Shown one piece after another: positions 31,201-43,900 of a DNA stretch of 64,000 bases. The stretch covers positions 27,136,299 through 27,200,298 of the forward strand of contig NC_134025.1 in the NCBI RefSeq assembly GCF_964204645.1, in the 5' to 3' direction. The notes below the pieces were generated by a model that was given only the letters and a program-made list of their open reading frames with translations, was not told the DNA's origin and searched no databases. Position 1 is the first letter of the stretch, and every line of letters starts with the position of its first letter. The position numbers and the translations under genes are program-made. Origin of the DNA: Tubulanus polymorphus. Its lineage: Eukaryota; Animalia; Nemertea.

Positions 31201-31905
31201 CTGCGAGAGAATTCACCACACGTGGCTATTTGCTGTAACGGGCACGAGCTGTCTTCCGCCGCGGGTCTATTAACCGGAAAAATCCTCGACAGTTACCTTC
31301 CCCGGTTAGATCTTACTAAACATATGGAAGCGATGGATGATCGAGAATGTCCAAAACTATTCGTCGTTCTTCCCGTAAATCGCGATGGACTCTCGCTTGG
31401 AGAGAAAATCAAACTTTGGGCGTCTTCGTTACTGTTCGATGGATTTGCCGTCCATCTACTCTGTGAATTTCCCGGTGGCTTTCACTTCACGAAATCTCCG
31501 GGATATCGTCTGAATAGAGCGGGCGAATTCATGCAGTTCTACGGTAACCACGTGGTTTCTATACTGTACATGATTGGTTTATTCGCGAGAGCTTCGGGAA
31601 ACTACACGACAATTGTCGAAGACGCTACTGAAATGTCGGATACTATTGATGAACTTATCGAAGATTATCGTATACGATTCCCAACTGATGTGAATACTAC
31701 AGATATAACCGATCCTGATATTGCTATGCGTATCGTTAATGAAAACGCACGTAGTTTCAGCAGGTCGAGACTGCGCCATTTTCTGAATGTTATTGATAAA
31801 CCTGGTTCGTTCGGCTCCCTATGGAGACTTCCTTACAAAAACCAAATCCTTTGGCTGTGTCCTGAACATTACAAAAGACTTAAGAAAGTGGTGATTAAAA
31901 GGTAG
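22207..31905 (+). CDS. Roco-family protein: ~28 ankyrin repeats - LRRs - Roc GTPase - COR - Cys/His C-terminal region; no kinase or WD40; ~2007 aa
   Basis: 27 phase-0 ankyrin exons: 22207-22305, 22404-22502, 22745-22843, 23196-23294, 23646-23744, 23909-24007, 24242-24340, 24620-24718, 24816-24914, 25136-25234, 25469-25567, 25668-25766, 25847-25945, 26035-26133, 26207-26305, 26377-26475, 26563-26661, 26778-26876, 26952-27050, 27121-27219, 27304-27408, 27496-27600, 27686-27784, 27863-27961, 28052-28150, 28231-28437, 28511-28621. Each has a G-x-T/S-x-LH-x-A...GA-x-x-N-x-x-D type motif. The terminal exon 28687-31905 encodes LRRs (LEVLDISHNRVQVLP), a Roc domain (KMLLVGQEGVGKTT, TDGIDI, FDCGG, THNFF, VGTHAD) and COR (IPKLW, GDILYF, IILDPMWL). 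Confidence 0.92.
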
Positions 31906-32108
31906 AAATGGTCACAACACGTGATGAGACATATATGAGAATGTGATAAGTTAATGAATATAATACCTATATATTTTAATTTTTTCTGCCGACTTTAGTT
32001 TAGTCTTTAGAATGAGCCTTTAACTCAAGTGTTTCTTAGAGGAACAACGTTTGTACACACAGAAGTAATATAAATAACTTATTCAAATATATAAAAAACC
32101 TATCGAAG

Positions 32109-32114
32109 TTTATT
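32109..32114 (-). terminator. Candidate poly(A) signal of the CNBD2-like gene
   Basis: TTTATT (AATAAA on the minus strand) ~37 nt after the stop codon. Confidence 0.55.
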
Positions 32115-32150
32115 CTTCATAAGATACAACATAAAGATAAAGATTCGCAA

Positions 32151-35100
32151 TCAGGTCGCAAATGCAGATTTTGGACGGATAGTGGCGGATACTTTACGAG
32201 ATCTTTGACCGGCAGGTAAAGACCGCGTCGATTTAGCGCTACGAGCACGTTCTCTTTCTTCTGCTATTGCCGAAATCGCGTTCTTTGGTAGCATGAAATG
32301 TCGAACATGTTTGTGACTGTCTTCACTGAGAACAGATCCTCTTGGATATCGACATTGTTTTTGTCTGACGAACACTGTCCCACCAGCAATTGGCACATCC
32401 ATAGCAGACTAAAAAATAATTTCAAATTCATCTGATCAATCTAGAATATTTAATCCTTTTGTCATCGAATTTTATTTCTTACCTTCAACTCAAAACGGCG
32501 CATTTCCTGCACTGGAACATTATCGCTTTTATTACCGATCGGAGTAACTGATTTTGCCAGAAACCGTTTAACCTTTCCTTCGAGCTGGCGAAGAGCTATG
32601 TCACTCGTTTCCCTATCGAAATAGTCATCAATGTCTACTTCATCGCTAGCATAACTGCTTACACTACCGAGTCGGCCACGAAGTCCCACAGGAGCCGACC
32701 GTGGCCGAGTCAACTTCCACATCTCTTCGTGTTGAGAAAGCTTATCTTTATCCAATAACCCCGATACTATCTTCATCCTAGAGTCCATTTGGTCTTGCTG
32801 GTGATTGCCCATCTCGTTCAAAACATTGATCAGAGATTCCCGTGTAATGAGTCCATCAGGATTTTGGATTCCGAGTTTTTTGAGTTGATAATCGTCCTCT
32901 TGTTGCTTAGCAACTGCATTCAACTCTTCTAGCATTTCGTCGATGAGGTGATCATCAGCCGGAAGTGAACAAGCTATACTCGGACGTCGTTCGTGAAGGA
33001 AGTTTGATTTGCTTGTCGACAGATTTTGACCGAAACTGTACGGAGACTTTGTAGCTAGATTTTCTAATTCTCGTCGACTACGTGGCCGTCGCTCCTTCGT
33101 CGTTTGATAGAAAAATCGCCATCCCTTCGAGCGTCCAGTTGCCATTTTCTCCATGGCGTTAATGCGCGCTTGTTCTTTTTTAAAGGACATTGTTTTGTAA
33201 TACAGAGACCCGGGAACGCACGAATCGACTAATGCGGTTATTTTATCGTTTAAGTAAAGTTTAACTAAATCCTGTATCTCGTTGTCCTTAGTCTTGTAAT
33301 TTTTCGTTTTCGCTGCTGGCGGTATTTCTGTTGGTTTGGCAATTTCATTAAGCATTCTCAGTAAATTGTTTAAAAGCGGTATTTTCCTTCCGTAAACTGT
33401 TTGACTTCGGCATCGTAGTTTCTCCTTGGCCTTTTCATTCAGTTGTTCTACAGTCGTGTGATAACGCTTAACGAGCCGATCGTAGTTCTTCAGATCAAGG
33501 ATGTACACTTCTGTATTGGCAGTGCAAATTATTGTTTGTATGTAAGTATCCAATCTAAGAATTGTCTCGATGTCACCTTGAACAGAACGAAACAAAATAT
33601 GAACCGTTAAGAGCTCCTTTTTAAATTGCTAAGCAACTATTGTCCCTATCTAAAGGCACTTACCAAAGATTTCATTTTCTCCGATTGAACAAATATCTAA
33701 AGCATTACGTTGATAGTTTTGTTCGGCTGCTACATATCCTTCTTTACGACGTATTCTTATATTCTCTTGCGTCAGACCTCTCTTTTTATGTTCCATCTCC
33801 CTTACAATGTTTGGCCTGTAGTATAAAAACGTTTTCTTGCAATTGTACCTGGCGATGATTTTTTTAAACACGTAAATGATCTGGAAAGAACGGAAATAAA
33901 TCCTTACTTAACTCGTCGTATTTTGTCGGCCTCCGACTGGCTGTCCTGAATATTCATCAAATTCTGAAACTGTTTTTTGTGATTCGCCGGTTCGATGGTA
34001 ACTTTAGCCTGACCTCTGTAACAGATTGATTAACAGATTGATGTCGAAACCGTCCACACGTAACTGAATGAATTACCTCGATAAAATTATCTTACTTGAT
34101 GATGAAATGAAGACCAATAACAGGAGTTCCTTGTTTAACGATTGTGGACTCGAACGAATAACATTCTTTTCGTAGACTCATTTCAAGAAGTCTTTGGAAT
34201 TTCGGATGCCACTGACCAAACAGCGGTGATTCTTTGATAAACCGCTTTCTTTCTTCGTATTCCTGAATCTGTTTGGCCTGGAATATATTTTCAAAGCACA
34301 CATTATAGTACTTAGCTCATTTAGATGTAACGTGATTTTAATCTCTATGGCAAAAATGAATGAAATTTGGTTTAACATCAACACAACTTTATTCACCGAA
34401 AAACCGATTAAAGGATAAATAATTAGTAATATTACATGAACTACTTACCTTTAAAGAACGGTTGAATAACTCCCTGCTGACTGACATCAAATCAGTTTCT
34501 TCATCAGCAATAATTGACGCATTTCGCACATTATCGGGACTCATCAACGCTATCTCGCCAAAACTTTTACCAGGTTCTAAAAATATCAACGACATGTATT
34601 CTAAGGCAATTTGTGATATACATATATACTATCGCTGAGTTAAATTGCTCGTTATGACAACCCCAGTGAAATTTCACCCATAACAAAACACCAATTTCGA
34701 GGTTCGCATCTTATTTTCATATCCAATAACTGACCATCTAATTTTCTAGCAACGGCTTTCCATAATAATCCAGCATATGCGACGTCGTCCGGGTCCATAT
34801 CGAATTCGTTCTTCGCAACGATTCTATTAAACATTTTGTTTATTGTTGTTCCTGATTCGTTCAACTATCGATTCCCACGGGCGTCATCAACGATAAATAA
34901 TTCAGAATTTTTCGGGGTCGTACACTTTATATATATATATATATGTATGGTATTGTCGACAGGCGACATTCAGGCGTGATAGTAACAAATATAGTAGATT
35001 CATGTATGATAATTCCCAACAAATCACATTGAAATCCTAGCAAATTCCTTTATCAAATATCCTTTTTATCAGATTTAGTTTTATCCAATCCAAAAAACAC

Positions 35101-37986
35101 AAAATTAGTAACTTCCATAGTATCGAAAATTATCACAGATTGAAGCTAGTGATTTTCATAAGCCCGACTACAGTGTCAACACAACACGAACCCGAAATGT
35201 GTTTGTGCTCACAGCGCGCCGTCGTTACTTATTAATTCGAGGGCAGAACCAATTTCTTTACCGACGACTTTCTATAGAAAGTTATTTTCGACTATAAGTC
35301 GTAGAAATGACAAGTGAATTAAGCGATTGTATACGTATGATATCGATTGCTTCGTTTCGAAATGCGCATGAAAGAATATGCTATTAAACACTAGTGAAAT
35401 GAATAATTACATTTCATCGTGAACTCTTTTGTGCTATTTAACTGCCAAACACTCGTGAAAATTCTCCATTTATTTTAATCTGTTTATTTAACAAACCTTC
35501 GTGCGTCGAGTAAAATGTAATTCTCTTGTTATGTGTACGTTGGCCATAAGGGGATTAGAGAAATGTGAAACGAGTCGAAATTTATGACTATTATCATTTC
35601 CATCTTGAAAAATACGTTATTATTCGATTATGAATGGCACGAAATTAAAAGAAATGAAAAAATACCCGCGGCTTTAGACCGCATAATCAATAGGGTTAAT
35701 GGATAGACTTTCCATTGACGCGAGAATTCTAAATTACTGCCGTAAGAATGTTACAATTGAACTGAATTAGTTTATTTCCATACGAATGTACTGATTGAAT
35801 TCAACGGAACGGTTTTAACGGTGACATTTTCAATCCAATTAAAGATTTTACGCGTGAGTTAGGTAATTGTACTTCTTTATAGGCATTCTTTCAAAATCTA
35901 TAAGGTCGAATGCGAAAACGTTCGAAAAAATGGATTCCAAATCAGCGGACTACTTTATTTCATATATAAGTAATGAGGTATTCGAATGTAATGACTACTA
36001 CACTTGTTGCACGGAATTCAAATGTTAGCGACAGAATAGACCACTAAAAGCCGAATGAAAACTTGCGTGAATAAATGCCGTTAAGAATAAAGTCTTGTTG
36101 TTAATAAGTAATAATATGAAAAGCGTTTTGAAAAGATTGCAGATATAAAAAAAACTGGACGACCTGAATTTTCACTTGTCACACTGGCATAATCAAACCA
36201 AACTACTTCGAGTGAACTAATCGTGCTTGAATTCAATACGAAAATTAAGAACCTTTTATTTAATCCATAGCCGTCAGGGGCCTAATAATGACCGCCATTA
36301 CCCAAAATCCAAGTCATTAAGCATCGCAGATGAAAGATATATATCATTTGGGTTATCTGGATAAGTTTGACCTTACCGTAGCACAAAATGAATTTTCCAA
36401 ATTTATCCCGGTCCAGTTGGTTAGTTTTGTCGATTTCTTTGATTAATTCCGAAGCATCAGGTGTCAAACTGCTCGACCGCGACCAGCCAGTTATCAAGCG
36501 GTCGAGGACAACTGTTTCTGTCGCTAAAACCGGTTCGTCTGTCGCTGATGCATCCGATATTTCCCCATTTGCCGGTGCCGAATCGCCATCCGATTTTACG
36601 GTGTCGATATATACCGAGGTCCGCCCGCTCAACATAATGTAGAACCTGAAACGTCAAATGAATCAGTAACCGAGTTGAGAATGTGTTCGTGAGAATGACG
36701 CAGTCGGCAGAGTGTGATAAACACTGATTTCAGAAAGCTTCATTTCCACGGTAACCGCACCAGACGAAAACAACAAGTAAAAAACCCCGTCATACGATGC
36801 CTATTCATAATCACGATGTCTTTTCATCTATGACATCGTTTTTACATTTTACCGATGGTAAAACGATGAGAACCGGGTATTACAAACAAAGCGGTTCGTA
36901 CAATCATGCATTAGATCCGACACTGCGTGTTTCGATGATAAGTGATTAATGTTGGTGGAAACGCACGGCGTTACGAACCTACATCATCGTGTAACCGGTA
37001 AATCAACCGCGAATATACGAATATTTTATTGTCTCATAAATTTCGCATCGTACGATAATGAAGAATACAGAACATGTTACACTACAATACGTGGGATAGC
37101 TGGGATACATTTACGTTAAAGGTGTAATAAAGCGTTTGTAGATTATAACGTTACACTAAACACTAATACGTCGGACCTTCACACCGTATACATAACCGAA
37201 TAACTAAACATTTTCGGAGACTCAAGTTTCATGGTAATTGAAGTTTTTCTGGATATACAAGTATCAAATGATCCATAAACAAAGATTTTGGACAAGACAA
37301 TTGGGATTTGTTTTTCATGAGTGTTGTGAGAAATTTATGATTTTATTTGGTCAGAGATTGACGAAGTTTCGCTTCCCATACCGGTATACATTTCATTTGC
37401 TCACGGAAAACCTAGGGATAATGACCGATTTTACCCTGGTCCAAGTCGTATAATATCATGCTTATCACAACTACGGAGCGATCACAAATTGGATTTTAGT
37501 CCGAGAAATCACCTTTATACAGCGCCCAGTTACAATAGTTATAATATTAGTGATATTTACCTGTCCCCTTGTTCGCCTTGTTTAATGATAACATCATCTT
37601 TCCTACAGCGAACCAACTCGCAATATCGAACTATATCAATAAGCACATCTGAAATAATGAAGATTCCGAGTTCTTAGAAACGACTGTACACGTAACACAA
37701 AGTAAAATGCCTTTATCTCTGCTTTATTCAATCCCGCTGAGCAGTAAATTACTCTTTTTTGTAGAAAAAAACTATTATATGTACAGAATTCAGTAATTGT
37801 CACGCAATTTAAAGTATTTCTAATTGATCTCGATGTTAATGATAACTTACAGTTTTCGAGATTTTTGAGGACGTCGCTGGTTTTCTGAAGCCAAATCAGA
37901 ACTCGTTCAATAGTGCGAGTATCACGATCTTCCGGTTTCCGCGATATCAGATCAATTAGAATCTTCTTAGCCGAAGTCTCAGCCAT
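32151..37986 (-). CDS. Cyclic nucleotide-binding domain protein (CNBD2-like), two CNB domains plus a long C-terminal tail, ~804 aa
   Basis: Minus-strand exons 37986-37851, 37648-37561, 36645-36377, 34576-34449, 34277-34096, 34015-33908, 33815-33664, 33576-32483, 32408-32151 sum to 2415 nt in frame. CNB-A: VIIKQGEQGDRFYIMLSG...GKSFGEIALMSPDNVRNASIIADEETDLMSVSRELF. CNB-B: IVKQGTPVIGLHFIIKGQAKV...IFGDIE. Confidence 0.88.
34928..34943. repeat. (TA)n microsatellite
   Basis: TATATATATATATATA run in an intron of the CNBD gene. Confidence 0.85.
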
Positions 37987-40900
37987 TGTGACGCATACTT
38001 TGAAAAAAGAAATGGAAAATTGTTTGATTGAGCTTTGCAAGCAAACCTTTTTACCTGATTTCACTTGTTTTAAATGAATTTTCGTCATGCTATAGTTTAT
38101 TATCGGAAGGCTGTATTTAAATGCCGCTTACCGCTACGTGATAATCCGAATAAAGCCTAACGCATTGTTTGTATCTTTAGTAGCTGTTTATTTTCCAGCG
38201 AATGCCAAGATTACAAAAATCACCAGTGGTAAAACAAGCGAGATATCTATATCTCTAAGTCTGTGTTTCCATTTGAGATGTAGCTGTGATACCGAACAGT
38301 ACCACCGACAACGCAAAGTAAATATGAACAATATTTGCCAATATTTTCAAACATTTCCGACTGAAGTACCGTTATAGGAATAATAAAAGGCTTGTTGACA
38401 CAGGCTTCTGTCATTTACCGGGGCTGCTAATGGTTTACCGTGTATTACAAAACTATTATTTGTCTTCATATTCATTCGAATCTCAGATATTTTTATATAC
38501 GCAAGCGTAATTACAACGAAGACATTCTGTCATTGGAACGTGCTTTGAAGTTCGTTACGAATCCATCTTAGTATATCAGTCGTATTTCGAAATGATTGAT
38601 CGGCGCAATAAAAAGCACTAGATTCATTCGAAAATACTGAGAAAGTATCGCAGCTGGAAATATCTTTCTCCGGGCGGTAGTGGGTTGAATATCTTGGAAA
38701 TAGATCATCCAAAAATAAGTTGTATGTTATTGGCAGTAACTTACCACGTAATAAACCTTTAAAAATTCCTCTTTTGAATAATAAATGTCTATTAATCCTA
38801 GTTATAGTATATAACGACTATCGGGCACAGTCTTCGTGAAACAAAATGGACGAGTTTTGACAGGATATAATAAAATATTGTCGACGAGTTGCGTGATGAT
38901 TCGTTCTGTCGATCAGAGACTGAATTGAATCGATAAATTGAAAGGAAATTGATTAGTTGATTCCGATAAGCGAGCTGATTGCTTCCGTCACGTGATCGCG
39001 ATTTAAAACTATCAATTGGCAGAAACAGCGGGAGTTTCACAGTGGAATTAGTGAATGGGAAAAGGGGTTAATTAGGAGGAAGAAGAATCTTTTTTGTAAA
39101 TTTTGTAAAACTGTTCTCATTTCTTATCATTTGTTGATTTGTTTTTCTACAAATTAGTTAGGTTATGTTACCTAGCCTACCTAGCGCAGCATAATCGCTA
39201 TCGTGCATTTTTTAACGTTTTTTTTCGAAGGCAAGCTTTGCATAAAATGGCAGTTTTTGTTTGTCGTGCAATTTTCTACTGTCATCTATGTGCACCTGGT
39301 GCAAAAATTGGCTTTAAAGAGCACTCGTCTGACGCGAGTAACCTTATCTTCGGTAATCCGTTTCGTGTGGCGCGTATACTGAAAACTGATACTACATACT
39401 GCATGCTTTTGATGATGCATCGCATGAATTTTTTCGAAAGTTTTCTTAAAATCGACGCACAAAAACGACACGAGATCTTCCCCCAGTTATCCTTTAAAAT
39501 AGTTTTGAATTTCACGTGCATCACGTCAATGACTTTACTATTTCTTATAGACTGTACCGCGCCACATGCGGATGTCGTATAGATCAAGGAGAACAAAAAG
39601 AGATATCTTAATGATTTTACGTCGTCTTGTGAATAACACGTATAAGCCGTGAACTGGCAAGTCATTATCACTGACCGACTTCGCTTGTCTCCCGAGTTTA
39701 GACTGAGTCACAACCTCGGTATTAATTACCCGTCATTTAGTGAGTCTCAATAAACACAACGTACTCAGAAAACAAGAAGTGCTCGATCATCAACGTCTTC
39801 ACGTCATTGAATCACCATCCAGGCAGGAGCGTCCGTAAAAACATGTACACATCAGCCGAACCAATATCACACACAACGTGAGAAAATAAGAACCAATGCA
39901 CACACGGCGCGCGTGACCAAGTCACAGAAAGGGATTTAATTCGAATGGAAAAATGAATATCCAGAAATCATATTTTGGAAGTTTCGATAAGATTATCTAC
40001 GACGAGATCTGTACGTAAAAGTAGATATTCATGACGATTGAAGGTTTCGCTCTTAACAAAAATGTCGTTTTCTGTCGCCATTTTATCGTCATGAAAATCC
40101 ATTCATTTCCAGAGGATTAATCAAGTGGATTATCTGAAAACTTTGATGTGAGGAAATTAGTCGCGGGTTCAAGTATCTGTCCGTACATGATTTAAACGAG
40201 TTGTACATCGTATGTGCGTATAAATAGTGTGTGATTCGGGAGATATTAAAGACGACACGCCATGAAGTCCCGCTGGTTCAATTCATCATCATCCGTAGAT
40301 CCAGAGTTTTACTTCAGACGAACGTCGCTTGCTAGTCTTATAGAGATCATTCATTTGCAACCGGATAAGTTCTTGAAATGCAACGCTTGATTTTTAGAAG
40401 ATTTGGCACGAGTAAGACTTTTCTTTTCGCTTAAGGATTTGGCTAGATATAAAAATCGACGATGCGCGTGATTGCAGCTGTTTTCTAAGGTATGTAGTAA
40501 CATTTGAACAGTTTATTGATACTATATAACAATGATACACGAACAGTGATTTATCAAAGGACTTTGTCCAAATGAAGTGCTCAATCCTTTTCGTTAACAG
40601 ACTGACGACGATGATTACTTTTTAGAGTTAGTTCCGTCAGGTGTAATTTCCATTGATGTAAATTGATGTTATGCCTATAAAAATGGTATTGCACAACGGT
40701 TCTATTCGGAAACTGAAAAACAGACTTTTCGTCTACTGTTGGATCTGTGTAAAATACCGACGTGCCTATCTTAACGAGACAGACCACTTCGTAATAAATT
40801 TCATGCATTTATTCCTCTGTATTTTGGTTGATCCACTCAGCTACGCGGTGTATTTGCCTTCGACAAATGTCATTCAATCCTTTTTACCCCAAGTAAGCTT

Positions 40901-43900
40901 GCATCTTAGTTAAGCCTCTTCAAAGCAATGCATGTTCATCGGATTTCAAATTTGACAGGACTAATATTGCATCGGCAGCAGCATCGATCGATCAAGTGAA
41001 AAAGAGGGCGATGGACAAAGAGCTGCATTCACCACGTCGCTATCTATAAAAAATACCAAGTTAGTTTGAAAACTGCAGATTTATATCAGACTTCATTCAC
41101 TCTATTGATTGATCGATATAGCATTTACCGGATTCTTTTCATTGTCAGCCGTGACGTCATACCGATAAGCCCACCTATCGCAAATTAACGTAACTACTAT
41201 TTCTCAAGCGCACCATAGCTCGTCTCAAGCGCACCCTAGCTCCAAGCATTACTGCGTTTGCTAGTTTCGATGAACGAGGTCACATTTATATCACATCGTA
41301 TGCATCGGATAGCTGGGAGACATCAAATTCACGTCATTTCCTGTTAGCATTATTTTCCAGCTCCGCAGCGCATGCGCATTTGTTCTTGTCGTTAGAATCA
41401 AAAATTGGTGTGATATGCATTAGCAACATAAAGCTTATCGGGGACTTAGTGAACGAGCTTTCAGACATGCATTAATCAGTTAACAAACATTTTAGAAACT
41501 TTTGATAGATGTGCTTTACGTCGGTTCTCCATTTTCTGTTTTGATAGAAATATTTGGAATTTTCTTGATCTCCGCAAATAGATCACATCGAAAAAGTGCA
41601 GCAAGCGATAGGTTTGATCAAGAAACAAATACCCGTAACGATCTTTTCGAAACAACGTTTACACGCCTCATTTTCAACGTTTCTTTATAAACACCTGTTA
41701 GAGAAAGCATCACTGGCAGTACATGTTGGCCACCCCAGATACCCCATAGATTCCTGTTCGACTCCATCCACAATTTACTGTTTGTAGAATTATTCGTGTG
41801 TTTGTACCGCTGGGGGATAGAGAGTGCGGTATGTAAGAGATTCTGAGTGCGGGACTTGTATTCTATATCTGCCGAGCACGTTACAGGTGAGTTTCCGATT
41901 TTTCTATGGGTCCTAAATCTATTCCAGCCATATATCACTAAACTGTTGTATAGCTAGAGTTTAGCTGTATCGCTCTAAATCGTGTACATCTAATTGATGG
42001 CCTTGTCGTTATTGTAAAAGAACAACTTGATTGAGGTTATTTACTATTTGATAAGCGCATGTCAAAATACAAGTATTCGAATCGGAATACGAGCTTCTAC
42101 CGTTCGTGATAATTCCAGTTTTGAATTCACATTCTGGCGACAGGTCTTCGCGCGCTGCTATATTCCACGGGTAATGATAGGTTAATTACTTTCCTGCCAA
42201 CAGCTGAGACCTGTGAAATTAGTGTGTTGACTTTCCAAAACCTGACATTAATCAAATCTGATGTCGCAAATAAACATAATCGACGAATTGATGACACGGT
42301 AGGTATACATGTATATCACGGCGGTGATTCAGTAGCGCGACTATGGCGGTAGACGATTAACTAGTGTTTAATTGATATACTCCGCAATCGCTCGATTTCT
42401 TTGCGCAAATGCGTCAAGATGGCGCAACTGTGATTTTGGAGAAGTCGGAGGAAGAGAAAGCGAGGAATATTTGTTCAAAATCATCATGCGTTTACAGAAA
42501 AAATAGAGGAACTTAAACGCCCACGCTCATGAGGTGAAAAATGCGTACTCAAAGTGCGCCGCATCAAATTCGCCCTCGTGTGCGGGTGATTTTTGCTGTT
42601 CGTCAGGTGTGCATAGGTGTGCGATAGACTCAATTTCGGGTTAAATGCGTACGGACTTACCCTTAGGGCCAAAGGGTTGGCATAAATAAAAAGGATTAAT
42701 CAATTCTTATCGAGGAAACATCCTGATTTAATGAGAGAAAAAAATTAAAAACTCCAAAGTAAAATCGGCGAAATCCTCTGCCACCTGACCTAACTTTATA
42801 AACCGAAGACTCTAACCTGCAGATTTCTTATCTGTAGATTTACGATCAAACATAACGACATAATGTGACCAGTTACTCGTGAAGTCACACCGGATCGAGT
42901 GAATGGTGGGAAGCAAGGAAATGTACATTGACCAGAGACACACAACTTTCTTGATGTATCTTAGATTCTACATATTTTTGAGACGGACAAATTGTGTTTA
43001 TAATCATTTTACATAATGATGTACACACACGCTTCCAATTTTCGGTCCTTCGGTGGACGTACCAGTAACTATTTCTTTACAAGTTTCAGTTCATCCTCGT
43101 CGGGGTGTAGTTGTTTTGCGAAAATCGAGTATTTTCGTGTAGTCATTTTTAATATTAATATACACGACCGAATGATACGTGTTATTCCGTCGGTTAAGCA
43201 GGTTTTTAGCCGCGGAACGTTGGCGCTGTACCTGTTCACCCCGAGCGTTTTAATTCACTACAGGTGGAATAAAAATTCTTTTGAAGATGATCGTATTACT
43301 AGATTTACTTCTGATGGTAAAAAGATAACAATGATTATTGTCTAAATACAGCTGCGAAACATCATTGTGGAGTACGCTTCTGCACTAGACAACATCAACA
43401 GCATTTATCCGTCTAGATTTATCGTAAAACGAGTTGGGTATTAATTCATTCAGTTAGGAATTTTGTTTAGCAAATGAGTTTTTCCGCTTCGAATGTAGTG
43501 AAAGTAGTCTAGTAGGTTTACACGAATAGTTTGAATAATATATCTTCATTCTTTAGGTATATGATCCACTTTATCTAAGGAGCCATCCACATGACATTTC
43601 CTCGTATTATTTCCACTTTATCTTTCGAAAATAATTCTTCATCATTCTATATACATTCATTTTTTTCTTTTCCATTTGAATGAATATCATTTCTTTCATC
43701 ATTGATATATTGATCATCAATATCTAAAGAATAGTTTTCAAAATTACTTGCCGACCAATGATATTCGTCCATTGATATCGTATGCATTTTTATTTTCTAT
43801 ATCATTATTTGAGTTGTGTGATTTGCAGCAAATGAAGCCATTAACACGTAATTGAGACTTGCATTAATCTCAATTTCTATTCTAATAACGCGACAAATAT

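Noticed and set aside
28687-31905. Calling the Roco gene LRRK1, LRRK2 or DAPK1
   Set aside because: No kinase, WD40 or death domain is seen, and the stop codon is followed directly by the convergent gene.
40160-40285. tRNA B-box-like GGTTCAA motifs
   Set aside because: No cloverleaf or properly spaced A-box could be built, and no tRNA or rRNA was seen anywhere in the window.
41202-41247. Two-copy 21-bp tandem duplication (TCTCAAGCGCACC[A/C]TAGCTC)
   Set aside because: Real but an ordinary slippage duplication with no further structure.
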